DNA of 64,000 nt from an uncultured bacterium (GTDB lineage Bacteria; Verrucomicrobiota; Verrucomicrobiia; Limisphaerales; UBA8199), in assembly GCA_963749495.1 (NCBI GenBank), contig CAVVMW010000004.1, forward strand, positions 256,001 to 320,000. The letters are read 5' to 3'. Under the pieces are notes generated by a model. It was not told the DNA's origin. It saw only the letters and a program-made list of their open reading frames with translations, and ran no database searches. The translations under genes and the position numbers were made by a program. This document shows positions 24,064 to 34,945 of this stretch, one piece after another (the first letter of the stretch is position 1; every line of letters starts with the position of its first letter).

Positions 24064-25277
24064 TTCCCGGGTGGCCGGGGAGTTCCAGGACGAAGAGGGC
24101 GGCCTGGCCCGGGCGAACACTGTGAGCGGTCAAAGCCATGGCAAAATGATCCCTGGGGCGGGACGTGCTGTCCCAGAAAAAGCTCTCGATCGGCAAGGGA
24201 ACCGCTCGCACGACCACAGTCGGCCATCGCTTCGTGCCGCTCGATGAAGGAGCGGACGGCCAGAATCGCTTGCGAGTGGATTTGGGCAATGCGCGATTCC
24301 GTCAGCCCGAAAACCTCCGCGATCTCCCGCAGGCGCAGATCCTCGTGATAATAGAGGGCCAGCACCTTTTGCTGGATGGGCGGCAGTTGCCGGATGCGCC
24401 TGGCAATCAGAGCCTTGAGTTCGCTGTGGGACGCGCGTTCAAAGGGGTCTTCTTGCGAATCGTCGGCAATGCAGTCACAGGGGGCAGCCCCGTCGCCCGT
24501 GCCGCCATGAGACACGGCATCCAGGCAGACGAAGGTGACGGGCCGGATTTCATCCAGGCAGTTGCGATAGTCGCCCAGCGTGAGGCCCAGCGCCTCGGCC
24601 ATCTGCTGTGCGGAAGGCGGGGCGCCAAGCCGCTGCTCCAACTCGCCGAGGACATTCTGGATCTTGCGGGCCTTTTCATGAACCAGGCGTGGCACCCAGT
24701 CCATGCGCCGCACTTCGTCGAGCACGGCGCCGCGAATGCGGAAGCGGGCAAAGGTCTGGAAGGAGGCGCCGCCCTTGGTGTCGAACCTGCGGATGGCTTG
24801 AAGCAGCCCGATCCTGGCGGCGCTTTGGAGGTCCTCGGCGCTGACACACCTCGGCAGGGTCATGGCCAAGCGGCCCACCACGGTGCGGACCAGCGGCAGG
24901 TACTGCTGGAGGAGCGCGTCTTCCGTTGGGGTGTCGCCGGCCCCATGATAGCGTTGCCACAAATCCTGCGCCGCCGCCGGGGTTTGGTCCTGTGCCCGTC
25001 CGGCAGCCGCATCCACAAGGTTGCATCTCCGGGCGACCGAGTGTGCCTTGATCCGGCGGGTTGCTTCAAATCCATCTGCCTTGGGCCTTGCGCAATCAAA
25101 CTTGATCGGTGTCAACCTATTCGTCACGATTGCCCAACAGCAGGTTTTGAGCAGGTCGGGCCGGGGAAAGGGGCTCGTGCATTGAACCCCAGGAAAATTG
25201 CAGTGAACCCAGCGCAAATGGCAGCCAGATTCAAGAAGCTTGCTCCGCGCGGGCCGGGAATGCCAGCCGAGGTCCAA
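24060..25277 (-). CDS. FliA/WhiG family RNA polymerase sigma factor (start uncertain; sigma core ~24240-24960)
   Basis: [72 protein letters not shown]. Confidence 0.88.
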   Translation of the reverse strand: MDLGWHSRPARSKLLESGCHLRWVHCNFPGVQCTSPFPRPDLLKTCCWAIVTNRLTPIKFDCARPKADGFEATRRIKAHSVARRCNLVDAAAGRAQDQTPAAAQDLWQRYHGAGDTPTEDALLQQYLPLVRTVVGRLAMTLPRCVSAEDLQSAARIGLLQAIRRFDTKGGASFQTFARFRIRGAVLDEVRRMDWVPRLVHEKARKIQNVLGELEQRLGAPPSAQQMAEALGLTLGDYRNCLDEIRPVTFVCLDAVSHGGTGDGAAPCDCIADDSQEDPFERASHSELKALIARRIRQLPPIQQKVLALYYHEDLRLREIAEVFGLTESRIAQIHSQAILAVRSFIERHEAMADCGRASGSLADRELFLGQHVPPQGSFCHGFDRSQCSPGPGRPLRPGTPRPPGK

Positions 25278-25479
25278 ACCAGCCCAAAAAGAGGACGGCT
25301 CTGAGGCAATTCTCGCCGGATCGCAGGCAACAGGATCATCAGTCGGGCAACGCGCCTCAGGCGGCAGGTTGCTTCGGAATCACCCGAATGGCGCGGCTTA
25401 CACCCGGCAGGCGGGGAGTCTCCGATGACCTACGGGCTGGAAGTCGGCGCTACGGATTCAGCGCGCACCCAACCTCGGC

Positions 25480-25590
25480 GTAGCGCAGGTTTCCAACCTG
25501 CTGTATCGCGGATTTCCAATCCGCCAGTCGTGCCTCCGCCCCGAGTGCCAGGATTTGTCGAACAGTATGCCGACTGGAAGTCTGCGCTAC
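25480..25590. repeat. GTAG-type REP-like palindromic element
   Basis: gtagcgcaggtttccaacctgc-tgtatcgcggatttccaatccgc ... gccgactggaagtctgcgctac; a further half-site gggctggaagtcggcgctac ends at 25453. Confidence 0.75.
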
Positions 25591-27532
25591 TCAAACGCGC
25601 AGCGCCTTGAGCTTGCGGTTCAGGACCGGAGTTTGACTCAGGCTGACCAGGATCGGCTCCGCTATGTCGCGCAGGTGGACTTGCAGCCGGCCGGAGGGGA
25701 GTCTTTCGACGCGATCCATGAAGGCCAGATTCACAATCGCACGACGGTGAACGCGGACGAACTGTCCGCCGGGAAGCTCAGACTGCCATTGTTTCAAGGG
25801 TTTTCTAAGCAGCGCACCCTTCTCGCCCTGGTTCCAATGAACCCAGGAGTACTCACCGTAGGCAAGAATACTCTTAATCTCGCTGATCTTTACCAGCCGC
25901 TTCTCCGTCAAGGTTTTGACCAGGAATGAACCGGCCGGCTTGGAATCCGCCCGCGGAAGTGCCGCGACCTTGGCTGCCAGACGCTGTCGCACTCGCAGCA
26001 GCGCCTTTTGCAGTCGTTCCGAACTGACCGGCTTCACCAAGTAGTCCGTGGCTTCGCAATCAAAGGCCCGGACCGCGTATTCCTCGGCGCTGGTCACAAA
26101 GACCACCGAGACGTTGGGCGCCAGGTGCGGGAGCAAGTCGAACCCTGAGCCATCCGGCAGGTTCACGTCCAGGAAAACCACCGCGGGCTTCTGTTGGCTT
26201 GCCAGGAGGCGCGCCTGGGCAACCGTGCCCGCTTCGCCACGGACCTGAACGTCGTTTGAGCCCCTCCAGCAACTCGCGCAGCACATTGCGCACTACCGGG
26301 TCGTCCTCGACCACGATGGCTCTCAATTTGCCCGCGGCCTCAGGAACGGCGTCAGGAGGCCGAATCTCGGCGCCCAGGCGAGTCTCCGAGGCTTGAGATT
26401 CAATCGGAATCGCAACGACTTCTCCCTGTTTCGCGACACGACCCGGAGGGGACGCCGGCAAATCAATCGAAAAGGTCGTCCCTTGGTTGGGCTCGCTGAC
26501 GAAGCTGATGCTGCCACCATGCTCTCGGATACAGCTCTGGACCACGCACAGCCCCAAACCGTGGCCGGGTTTTGCCCCGGTGTTTGAAGCTCTGAAGAAT
26601 GGCTCGAAAATGCCGGCTTGCTCCTGGACCGGTATCCCGATGCCCTTGTCGCTGACTTCGATGCGGTATCCTCGCGCGGCGCGGGCCAGGCTGACCACGA
26701 CGGGTCCGTCGGAATACTTCAGGGCGTTGGAGAGCAGGTTTTCCAGCGCATGACGCAGGCGCGGCGCATCGGCGACCACGGAGAAAGGCCCTTCGCCACA
26801 GTGGAACTGCAGGCGCCCACAAGGCTCAGAATCTGCGAGCAACAATTCGCAAAAGTTCCGCAGGTCGAAGGCGCTCGCATTCAAGGGCTGAGGCCGCATC
26901 CGCGAGCGGACTACATACATCGTTTCCGAGATGATGTCCTGCATCCGCGCGACGGCCTTCTGCATTCCGGCCAGGATTTGCTCAGACCTTTCCCGGCTCT
27001 GACCCGGCGACCCCGCGGCGTTCCGCAGCAGGCTGGTATAGGCGAAAACGGCAAAGAGCGGGTTGCGCAGGTCGTGCACCGTTTCTGCGAAGAGATGCAT
27101 CGCTCGCCCCATCTGCTTTTGCTGCCGTTGCCGCTCCGACTGGCGCCGATCAAGGCGGGCTGTGATTGCACCCAGCAGGTCCACGATGTTAGCAGGCTTC
27201 GTCAGATAATCATCCGCCCCCAGGTTCATGCCCTGGCGCACCTCGGCGGGCTCGGATTGGCCGGTAAGAAAGATGATCGGGATGCCGGACAGCCTGTCAT
27301 CTCGCCGCAACGCCGCTAACACCTCATACCCATTCATCTGAGGCATAACCAGGTCGCACAGAATCAAATCCGGAAGACGCTCGGCCGCCCGGCGCACCCC
27401 TTCCGCCCCGTTGGAGGCCGCCTGAACTTCAAACCCGTGCTTGACCAGCGATTTTGTTATGACCTCGCAAAAGTCCTGTTCATCATCAATGAGCAGGATG
27501 CGAGCATTTCGTTCCATAAAGTGGGGATTCAA
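25591..27532 (-). CDS. REC-HisKA-HATPase-REC-LytTR fusion; frameshift near 26256
   Basis: ORF 26060-27532 ends with the start of a second REC (LRAIVVEDD); ORF 25591-26286 supplies the rest of that REC (VFLDVNLP) and LytTR (FVRVHRRAIVN). Confidence 0.8.
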
Positions 27533-29622
27533 CGCGTTCCTTGCTTGGGCACCAGGGGGAGCTCCAGGACAAAAAGAGCGCCTTGGCCCGGGCCGGCGCT
27601 GTGCGCGGTCAAAGTGCCGCCCAGTTCCTTGGCCGCCAGCGCCCCGTTGTGCAAACCGAAACCGTGGCCTTTTTTGCGGGTCGTGAACCCGAATTCGAAG
27701 ACGCGAACCAGGTTCTCCGCGGGGATGCCGATGCCGTTGTCCTGGACCGAGAGCCTGACCCGGTCATCCGCGGCCTCGGTCCGCACCACTAAACGCCTTT
27801 CCGCGGGTCGTCCCTCATCCAGCGCATACTTGGCATTGCGAATGAGGTTGACCAGGATCTGGAGGACCTTGTGTTTCTCAATCGGCACCGGCGGACATTG
27901 GGCGTATTGGCGGACGACCTGGACCCGGTGGCGGTCCAAGGCGGCGGCGTTGAGCTGCAAGGCGTCCTCGACGAGTTGCTCGATCGAGGCCGTTTCCTGC
28001 ACGCTGACCGTGCGAGCGTAGTCTTGCTGCATCGCGACGACCTGCTTGATGTGCTCGACGTGATCCTGCAGGGACGACAGGTCCTTGAGGATCTCGGCCT
28101 GCTCCTGCTCCAGGCGAGCCGCCAATGCCGCCAGGTAGCCGGGCAACCGTTGCCCCTTGGGATCGGAGGCCAGGAACCCGGCGAGGTCCTCCCGGTGCGC
28201 GTTGAGCAACGCGGCGGCTTTGGCCAGGCCGGGCACCTTGGAGCCATGGACTTTCTCGATGACGAGCGAACTGATGATGTTAACGCTGTTCAGGACGTTG
28301 CCAACGTTGTGCAAAATGCTGGTGGCAACTTCGGCCATCCCCGCCTGCCGGGAGGTCTCGATCAATTCGCGTTGTATCTCGGCCATTTTGGTTTCCGCCT
28401 GCTTCCGCTCGGTGATGTCCGTGCATGTCCCCACCCACTCGCGAATGGTCCCGCCTGTGTCCAGGATCGGGACCCCCTTGGCCGCAAAGTCACGATATTG
28501 GCCGTCACGCCTGCGGAGGCGGTATTCGGACACGAACGCGCTTTTGGTTGCGACGGCGCGAGCCCACTGTCCCTGCACGGCCACTTTGTCATCCGGGTGA
28601 ATGGCGTTGGACCAGCCATGGCCCCGCATTTCGCCGCCACTCTGTCCGGTGAACTCCTGCCAACTCGGCATGTCGCCGATGTTTTCGCCAGCGTCATTGA
28701 AATGCCACACCATCTGCGATGTCGCCGTGACCAGTGTTCTGAATCGTTCCTCGCTCTGGCGCAAGGCTTCCTCCGCCCGCTTGCTCTCGGTGATGTCGCG
28801 GAAATACCAAATCCTGCCGGCGGTCTCTCCCGTTCGCAGGACCAGCGGCGCCGAGTAGCGGTCCAGCACCCTGCCATCTTTGAATTGGATTTCGTCCCGG
28901 CTCCTTTCCTCCGGATGGCCATAAAGGCGCCTGACCCCATCGAGGAAGCTCTCGGGCGACTTGAGCTGTTCGAGCGCGTGGGCCAGCAGTTTTTCGTCGT
29001 CCTTTGACGCCAACAGGTCCGCAGGAACACTCCATAACTGCTGAAACCGGCTGTTGCTCAGGATGACCTTGCCGCGGGCGTCAACCACCAACAACCCATC
29101 GAGAGTGGTTTCCGACTGCGCCTCCAGGAGGCTTGTCTTGAACGAGAGTTCAGCGGTGCGCTCCCCGACGTTGGCCTCCAACTGGCTGTGGCTTTGCTGC
29201 AGGCCGATCAGTTCGCCGATGTCCTCCAGCACCAGGAGGACCAACTTCTGCGCGTTCAGCACGAAGGCCGAGGCCGTCACCAGCAGGTGCACCTGCTTAA
29301 GGGCATCTCCAGGCTGCAGTTCCATGAGCGCCCGCCGGCGGATGCACTGGCCGCCGGCCACGGCGTCCTTGACCGAACCCCGCACCACACACGCCGGGCA
29401 CGACTCGGACCGCCCGCAGCCGCCCGGCGCTTCGCGGGCATGAATGCAGTGCAGGACTTCGCCACCCCGGCGCAGGAGAACCTCCGGCCGGGGGCTGCCC
29501 AAAAAGCGGGCCGCAGCCGCGTTGTAATCGAGAATGCGCACGTCCTCGTCCACCGCGAAAACCGGCGCCGGAAAGGCGTGCAACAATTGCTTGGCGAGGC
29601 TGTCGCTATCCATAAGAGTCAT
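27529..29622 (-). CDS. Multi-PAS sensor histidine kinase
   Basis: Three PAS-like domains, GMAEVATSILHNVGNVLN, NLIRNA, FGFTTRKKGHGFGLH. Confidence 0.92.
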   Translation of the reverse strand: MTLMDSDSLAKQLLHAFPAPVFAVDEDVRILDYNAAAARFLGSPRPEVLLRRGGEVLHCIHAREAPGGCGRSESCPACVVRGSVKDAVAGGQCIRRRALMELQPGDALKQVHLLVTASAFVLNAQKLVLLVLEDIGELIGLQQSHSQLEANVGERTAELSFKTSLLEAQSETTLDGLLVVDARGKVILSNSRFQQLWSVPADLLASKDDEKLLAHALEQLKSPESFLDGVRRLYGHPEERSRDEIQFKDGRVLDRYSAPLVLRTGETAGRIWYFRDITESKRAEEALRQSEERFRTLVTATSQMVWHFNDAGENIGDMPSWQEFTGQSGGEMRGHGWSNAIHPDDKVAVQGQWARAVATKSAFVSEYRLRRRDGQYRDFAAKGVPILDTGGTIREWVGTCTDITERKQAETKMAEIQRELIETSRQAGMAEVATSILHNVGNVLNSVNIISSLVIEKVHGSKVPGLAKAAALLNAHREDLAGFLASDPKGQRLPGYLAALAARLEQEQAEILKDLSSLQDHVEHIKQVVAMQQDYARTVSVQETASIEQLVEDALQLNAAALDRHRVQVVRQYAQCPPVPIEKHKVLQILVNLIRNAKYALDEGRPAERRLVVRTEAADDRVRLSVQDNGIGIPAENLVRVFEFGFTTRKKGHGFGLHNGALAAKELGGTLTAHSAGPGQGALFVLELPLVPKQGTR

Positions 29623-29923
29623 TTGACGACTGGTGAACGGGTCCTCGCAGCAACCATCGTCCTTCCCAAGGATGGTCGCAGCCCCCCGGAATCCGTTCGC
29701 GTTTCATCTAGTCTAATGGAAACCGCAGCTTGAAACCATCCGGTGTATTCTGTAGTTCGGCCCCAGGGTTTTTATGTAGTCAACGCTGCGCCACCCCGGG
29801 ATCCATGGGTGCATCTGGAGACTGCGAAAGTCACCCTCGTCCAGTGCCCTCACGGAACCGCTGCACATCCGCAGGATCTCCCGGCAGACCTGATACCTGC
29901 CCCACACGTCCCCACCTGAACAG

Positions 29924-30586
29924 TTACTCTTTGATGATGTGGTGCCCGATGGCGTAGCGGACCAGGTCGCTTACAGAGTGCAGGTTCAGCTTGCGCATGA
30001 TGTTGACACGGTGGGCCTCGACGGTTCTCACGCTGATTCCCAGTTTCGAGGCGATTTCCTTGGATATACTGCCTTCGGCGATGAGCTGAACGATTTCACG
30101 TTGGCGCCGGGTCAGGCCCTTGCCCCTGGTTTGGCGGCTGGAGTCGCCGGTGGTTTTTTCGGAGCGGAGGAAACCGCTCAAAACCACCGGGGAGGCTATG
30201 GAAGTCAGGAACAGGTTGTGATGGGCGAGGCTCTCCACGGCCGGGATAAGGTGGTGTCTGGTATCGGTCTTGACGACGAAGGCCTTGGCGCCGGCCAGGA
30301 AGGCTTCGCGGATCAAGGGCGCGGAGTCATGCATGGTGAGGATGACGACTTCGGTCTCCGGCAGGGCATCGCGGATTCGGCGGGTGGCGTCCAGGCCGTC
30401 CATTTCGGGCAGGGCAAAGTCCATCAGGACAACGTCCGGCTTGAGTTGGAGGGCCTTACTCACCGCCTCGGGGCCGCTGGCCGCCTCACCGCATATCTGC
30501 CAGCCTTCCTGTGGGGCGAGCAAGGCTCGCAGTCCGTCGCGGACAACGTCATGGTCATCGGCAATGAGGATCCGCAGAGGTTTCAT
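29924..30586 (-). CDS. NarL/FixJ family response regulator
   Basis: ILIADDH, VVLMDFALP, LTRRQREIVQLIAEG, TVEAHRVNIMRKL. Confidence 0.95.
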   Translation of the reverse strand: MKPLRILIADDHDVVRDGLRALLAPQEGWQICGEAASGPEAVSKALQLKPDVVLMDFALPEMDGLDATRRIRDALPETEVVILTMHDSAPLIREAFLAGAKAFVVKTDTRHHLIPAVESLAHHNLFLTSIASPVVLSGFLRSEKTTGDSSRQTRGKGLTRRQREIVQLIAEGSISKEIASKLGISVRTVEAHRVNIMRKLNLHSVSDLVRYAIGHHIIKE

Positions 30587-32397
30587 GGACGGGCAGCAGC
30601 CCTGGGCAGAGTAGCCCTGATGGTGGTTCCTTGGTTTCCGGATTCGATATCCAGCGAGCCGCCAAGTTCAGCCAACCGTTCTCGCATACTGATGAGGCCC
30701 AGGCTCGACCGCCCGGTGCCATCGCGGAGGCCCTGTAGTACCTCCGGCGAAAGGCCGCGCCCGTGGTCGCTGACTTCGAGCGCGACCTGGTCCGTGTCGA
30801 GCCCGATGCGGATGTTGGCGGTCTTGCTGCCGGAATGGCGGCGAATGTTGGCGAGGCCTTCCTGCACGACGCGGAAGAGGGCCAGTTCGGCATCGGCCGA
30901 GAGCCGGGCGACGTCTTCCGGCACGTCCAAGCTGACTTGGATGTCGCTCTGCGCGGAAAAGCCGTCCACGTAAGCCCGGCAGGCTGCGGCCAGGCCGCGC
31001 TGATCCAGCAGCGCGGGATGCAACAAGTAAGAGAGAGTGCGGACCTCCTTGGCACAGTCCTCGGCCAGGGTGAGGCTGCTCCGAACGAGTTTTCCGAGGG
31101 CGGGGTTCTTCGCAGTTGCCGAATGCTCGAGCCGCGTGAGGTTCAGAGAAAGGCCGATGAGTTTTTGGGCGGTGGAATCGTGGAGTTCGCGGGCGATGTG
31201 GCGCCGCTCCTCGTCCTGCGCCCGCCGCAATCGGAGCGAAAGCACGCGCGAGGTCTCCTGAGCCCGTTTACGATTGGTAACATCGTAGTGCAGGACGAAC
31301 AAATGCTCGTCGCCGCGGGCGACGAATCGAGCCATGTGGGTATCCAGCCAGACGTCTCTGCCGAACGTCGTCACCACGTGGAACTCGCGCCGGTGCGCTT
31401 TGCCGGTGCGCAAGGTCTCTTCCGCCATCTCGAGGACCCCGTATCGTTTCCAGGATTGTATCTGCCGGAAGTTTGTTTGTTGGAGCAATTGCTCCACGCG
31501 GGCGCCGACAACCAAGGCCGCAGCCTTGTTCGCGAACACGCAACGTCCGGAGGCCCGGAAAGCCAACATGGCCACCGAGGAAGTGGCCAGGATGGTTTGA
31601 TTGAGTTCCAGCGCGTCCGACAGGCGTTGCAGGACCTGCTTGCGCTCAGTGATGTCCCTCATGACGCCGACCAACCCCGACAAGCGCCCGTTTGCATCCC
31701 TCAGCGCCGCAGCGCTGAATTCCATGGGGACACGCTTGCCGCCCTTTCCAAGGACCGTGTGCTGGACATTTCGCAAGGCCCCCGTCTGCAGCGCAGCCGC
31801 TATCTCCGCCCGGATGCCGTCGTGCTCCTCTGGCGGCGTGAGATCGAAGATACTCTTGCCCAACAATTCGGCAGGGCGGCCGTAACCCAGAATCGAGGCG
31901 CCTGCGTTGTTGAGCGCGAGCAGCCGGTTTTCCAGGTCGATCATGCCGACGGCATCGGGCAACAGTTCGACTAAGTTGCGGTAATGCTGTTCGCTGGCCC
32001 GGAGCGCGGCAGTGGTATCCCTCAGCCGCACGATGGTCCGGATTCGCGCCAGAAACTCATCCAAGTCGAAGGGTTTGATGAAATAATCGTCGGCACCCCC
32101 CTCCAAACCGCTGATCCTGTCCGCAACACTCGTCGCACCACCGGACATCAAAGCGACGAAAACATCCTGCAGAACGCTGTCGGCCTTGATCTGCCTGCAC
32201 ACCTCTGAGCCGTTGATATCAGGCAGCAGGACATCCAGCAACACGAGGTCCGGGCGTCTTTCGCGTGCGGTTTGGAGACCCTGCCGACCGGTCGAGGCTG
32301 CGCAGACCTCATAGCCACGCGCCCGCAAGAGGTTGGTGAGTATCTGGACGATCGCGGGATCGTCATCCACCACAAGTATGCACGTCGTCTTGTTCAT
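30583..32397 (-). CDS. REC-PAS-PAS-HisKA_3 sensor kinase
   Basis: ERRHIARELHDS, LFRVVQEGLANIRRHS, LGLISMRER; GTGA/ATGA-type overlap with the NarL regulator. Confidence 0.93.
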   Translation of the reverse strand: MNKTTCILVVDDDPAIVQILTNLLRARGYEVCAASTGRQGLQTARERRPDLVLLDVLLPDINGSEVCRQIKADSVLQDVFVALMSGGATSVADRISGLEGGADDYFIKPFDLDEFLARIRTIVRLRDTTAALRASEQHYRNLVELLPDAVGMIDLENRLLALNNAGASILGYGRPAELLGKSIFDLTPPEEHDGIRAEIAAALQTGALRNVQHTVLGKGGKRVPMEFSAAALRDANGRLSGLVGVMRDITERKQVLQRLSDALELNQTILATSSVAMLAFRASGRCVFANKAAALVVGARVEQLLQQTNFRQIQSWKRYGVLEMAEETLRTGKAHRREFHVVTTFGRDVWLDTHMARFVARGDEHLFVLHYDVTNRKRAQETSRVLSLRLRRAQDEERRHIARELHDSTAQKLIGLSLNLTRLEHSATAKNPALGKLVRSSLTLAEDCAKEVRTLSYLLHPALLDQRGLAAACRAYVDGFSAQSDIQVSLDVPEDVARLSADAELALFRVVQEGLANIRRHSGSKTANIRIGLDTDQVALEVSDHGRGLSPEVLQGLRDGTGRSSLGLISMRERLAELGGSLDIESGNQGTTIRATLPRAAARP

Positions 32398-32515
32398 ACT
32401 CCGCCCAGGCTCAAGTGTCCGCTTAAACTATCAGTTGGGCTGTTTGGATCAAGAGCTAAATCTGCCCCCAAACAGGGGTGAGCGCATCCACACACTGCCC
32501 CCCGGAACACCGGCT

Positions 32516-33268
32516 TTAGCCGGCAGGCTCCTGGAATTTCTCCCGATTCCGAATCGGGACTGCACAAATGCGGCGTTCGTGCGCCTGGGAGCGAATGTGC
32601 ACCGGAGGGTGGAAGTCCCTCCCTCTGGGGGGGGTCGGGTTCAGATAGAAGGCGACGGCCTGGGCGGCGGAATGGGCGTCCAGTTTTGCCAGCACGTTGC
32701 GCACGTGAGTCCGGACGGTCGCCTTATCGATGCCGAGCGCGGCGGTGATGGCCTCCTGGCAGAGTCCACGTGAGAGGCAGCGCAAGACCTCCCGCTCCCG
32801 CTCGGTCAGGCAATCAAGCACTGCGCCGCAAGCTCGAAAGTACTCAGCGACGGCCTTGGCGACAGGGCTCGAAATGACCGCCCCGCCCTGGTGGACGGTC
32901 CAGATGGCCCGGATCAGTTCGTCGGCCGTGCAGGGTTTGGGCAGATAGGCGCAGGCGCCGGATTCCAGGGCCTCAAGGAGGAGGTGGGGGTGGTTATCTG
33001 GAATCAGGAGGATGGGCGATGCGCCGGGCCAGTGCGCCCTGGTGCGCCGGATGAACTCAGTGCCGGCCATGTCACGCAGGAACAGGCTGACGATGAACAA
33101 GCCGGGGCGGTGCTGGGCAAAGCACCACAGGGCATCTCTGCCGGTGGCGGCGGCACAAAGCGGGCGCAGGCCCGGTGTGCCCTCAACGATAGCCGCCATG
33201 AATTGACGCACCTTGTCGTCGCTCTCGACGATCCCAACCTCAACCGTATGCAGACCCTTGCCTACCAT
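32516..33268 (-). CDS. LuxR-family regulator with atypical receiver
   Basis: REC fold plus LTEREREVLRCLSRG..TVRTHVRNVLAKL; the phosphoacceptor position reads LFIVSLFL. Confidence 0.85.
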   Translation of the reverse strand: MVGKGLHTVEVGIVESDDKVRQFMAAIVEGTPGLRPLCAAATGRDALWCFAQHRPGLFIVSLFLRDMAGTEFIRRTRAHWPGASPILLIPDNHPHLLLEALESGACAYLPKPCTADELIRAIWTVHQGGAVISSPVAKAVAEYFRACGAVLDCLTEREREVLRCLSRGLCQEAITAALGIDKATVRTHVRNVLAKLDAHSAAQAVAFYLNPTPPRGRDFHPPVHIRSQAHERRICAVPIRNREKFQEPAG

Positions 33269-33636
33269 AAGATTCGCCTTCTGACAACAGAAGACCGCCA
33301 AGGCTGGGCACAAAACCCGCCTTTGCGTAGCGACTCTTCACACTGCTCCTCTCCGGAATTGATAGGCAGGCAGGCCGTCTTTCTCCGGAAGTTGCAGGCA
33401 TTGTGCCCATGAACCTGGCCGGAATGGAATTAGTGTTTCTACGTAAGTGGCAAGTAGTAGAAATACGTACGTAGTGCGCGGCACTAAAGCCATCGCCGCT
33501 GGCTCGGCGGCCACCGGGCCCAACCTTTGATGATGTGGGGCCGGATGGCTTCTGCTGTTGATGGCATCCAACGTCACGGAAATTCACGCCGGATCCACGT
33601 TGTAACGCTCGTAAACACAACTCCTTCCGTCGCCTC

Positions 33637-33656
33637 TCTACACCCTAGGGTGTAGA
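33637..33656. promoter_or_regulatory. Perfect 20-bp palindrome TCTACACCCTAGGGTGTAGA, candidate operator
   Basis: Located in the divergent intergenic region between two LuxR-family genes. Confidence 0.5.
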
Positions 33657-33987
33657 AAGAGGCATTTTTGGAGTGCGTTTTTGTGCGAAAAATACCTCCT
33701 GGGGTGGAAGCCAAGTCTGATCCGTCCCGGCATAATCACCTCTAAGAATCATGTTTGGGATTCTTCATGGCCCCCCGGTCGTTTTCAATTCCTGCGTGGT
33801 TGCAGCCGTGCGTGTAGTGATCGCTTTGGAAGACGATTGCAGGTCCGCCACAGCAAAAGGCCGTTGCGAACCGACCGGCACGAAGTGCGCAGTCTCCTCC
33901 CCAGCGTCCTGATTCAACGACGCGTCCCAACGGTCGCTAACCCGCGGTTCCGCCAACTCCGAATGGTGCTGCCTAAACGCCTGACCT

Positions 33988-34647
33988 ATGGCCAAGTATT
34001 CTTCCGAAATCAAAATTCGGGTCCTGATCATTGAGGAAAACCCCGTCGAGCGTGAGTACCTGCGGGCGCTCGTTGCAGGTGCTCCTGGCGTGAACGTCTC
34101 CGCCGTGCATCCCAGCATTGAGGGAGTTTTTCCGCAACTGCGCAAGGACCTGCCTGACGTGGTCCTGATCAATATCAGCGCCCAGCGCGAGGTTGAGGTC
34201 GAGTGGCTGCGGCAAGTGCACAACGAGTTGCCCCACACCTCCGTGCTGGTGCTTTCGGCCCAGCGCGGCAGCCGGGAGTTCCTCCAGACTCTCGAGGCTG
34301 GCATCTCCGGGTGGTTGGAAAAGCCGTGCACTGCCGACCAGATCCTCCGTGCCATCCTGGTCGTGCACGAGGGCGGCGCCGTGTTGTCGAGCCAGGCAGC
34401 CCGCAAGCTCCTGGACTATTTCCAGGCTCGCGGCAGTCTGCTGGGCTCCCTCACCCCCCGCGAACGGGAAATCATGCTGCTGCTCAGCGAAGGATGCTTG
34501 ACCGAGGACATGGCCGCAAAGCTTGGCGTGGCCAGAGTAACCCTCCACACCCATATCAACAACATCCTGGAGAAGCTTAACGTCAGCTCCCGTGCCGAGG
34601 CCGTGGCCAAATACCTCAACCCCATGGAGGCGCCGGTCCAGGCGTGA
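33988..34647 (+). CDS. LuxR-family regulator with atypical receiver
   Basis: LTPREREIMLLLSEG..TLHTHINNILEKL; the phosphoacceptor position reads VVLINIS. Confidence 0.88.
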   Translation: MAKYSSEIKIRVLIIEENPVEREYLRALVAGAPGVNVSAVHPSIEGVFPQLRKDLPDVVLINISAQREVEVEWLRQVHNELPHTSVLVLSAQRGSREFLQTLEAGISGWLEKPCTADQILRAILVVHEGGAVLSSQAARKLLDYFQARGSLLGSLTPREREIMLLLSEGCLTEDMAAKLGVARVTLHTHINNILEKLNVSSRAEAVAKYLNPMEAPVQA

Positions 34648-34945
34648 TTGCCGGAGCCGCGCGTTGCCGCCCCCACTCCCCGTGCAACGGGGAGAGCGTC
34701 CGAGCGAGGGGAAATGACGCCCTGCCAAAATGAGCTCCCAAAGACTGACTTGCGCCCGCCGATCACCCGGATGGCGACCAACCTCAATATACAGGATATG
34801 AGAATTTGGTTGGGCGGCATTAGTGCTATTCGGATGCCAGCGGTGTGGGTCGGGGGCGCTGATTCGAGCGCGCTCACCACGATCTGGCATCCTCGGTGGC
34901 GGGTCACCGTTTCGGCGCTCGGCAAGATCAAAAGGAGGGCGACAG

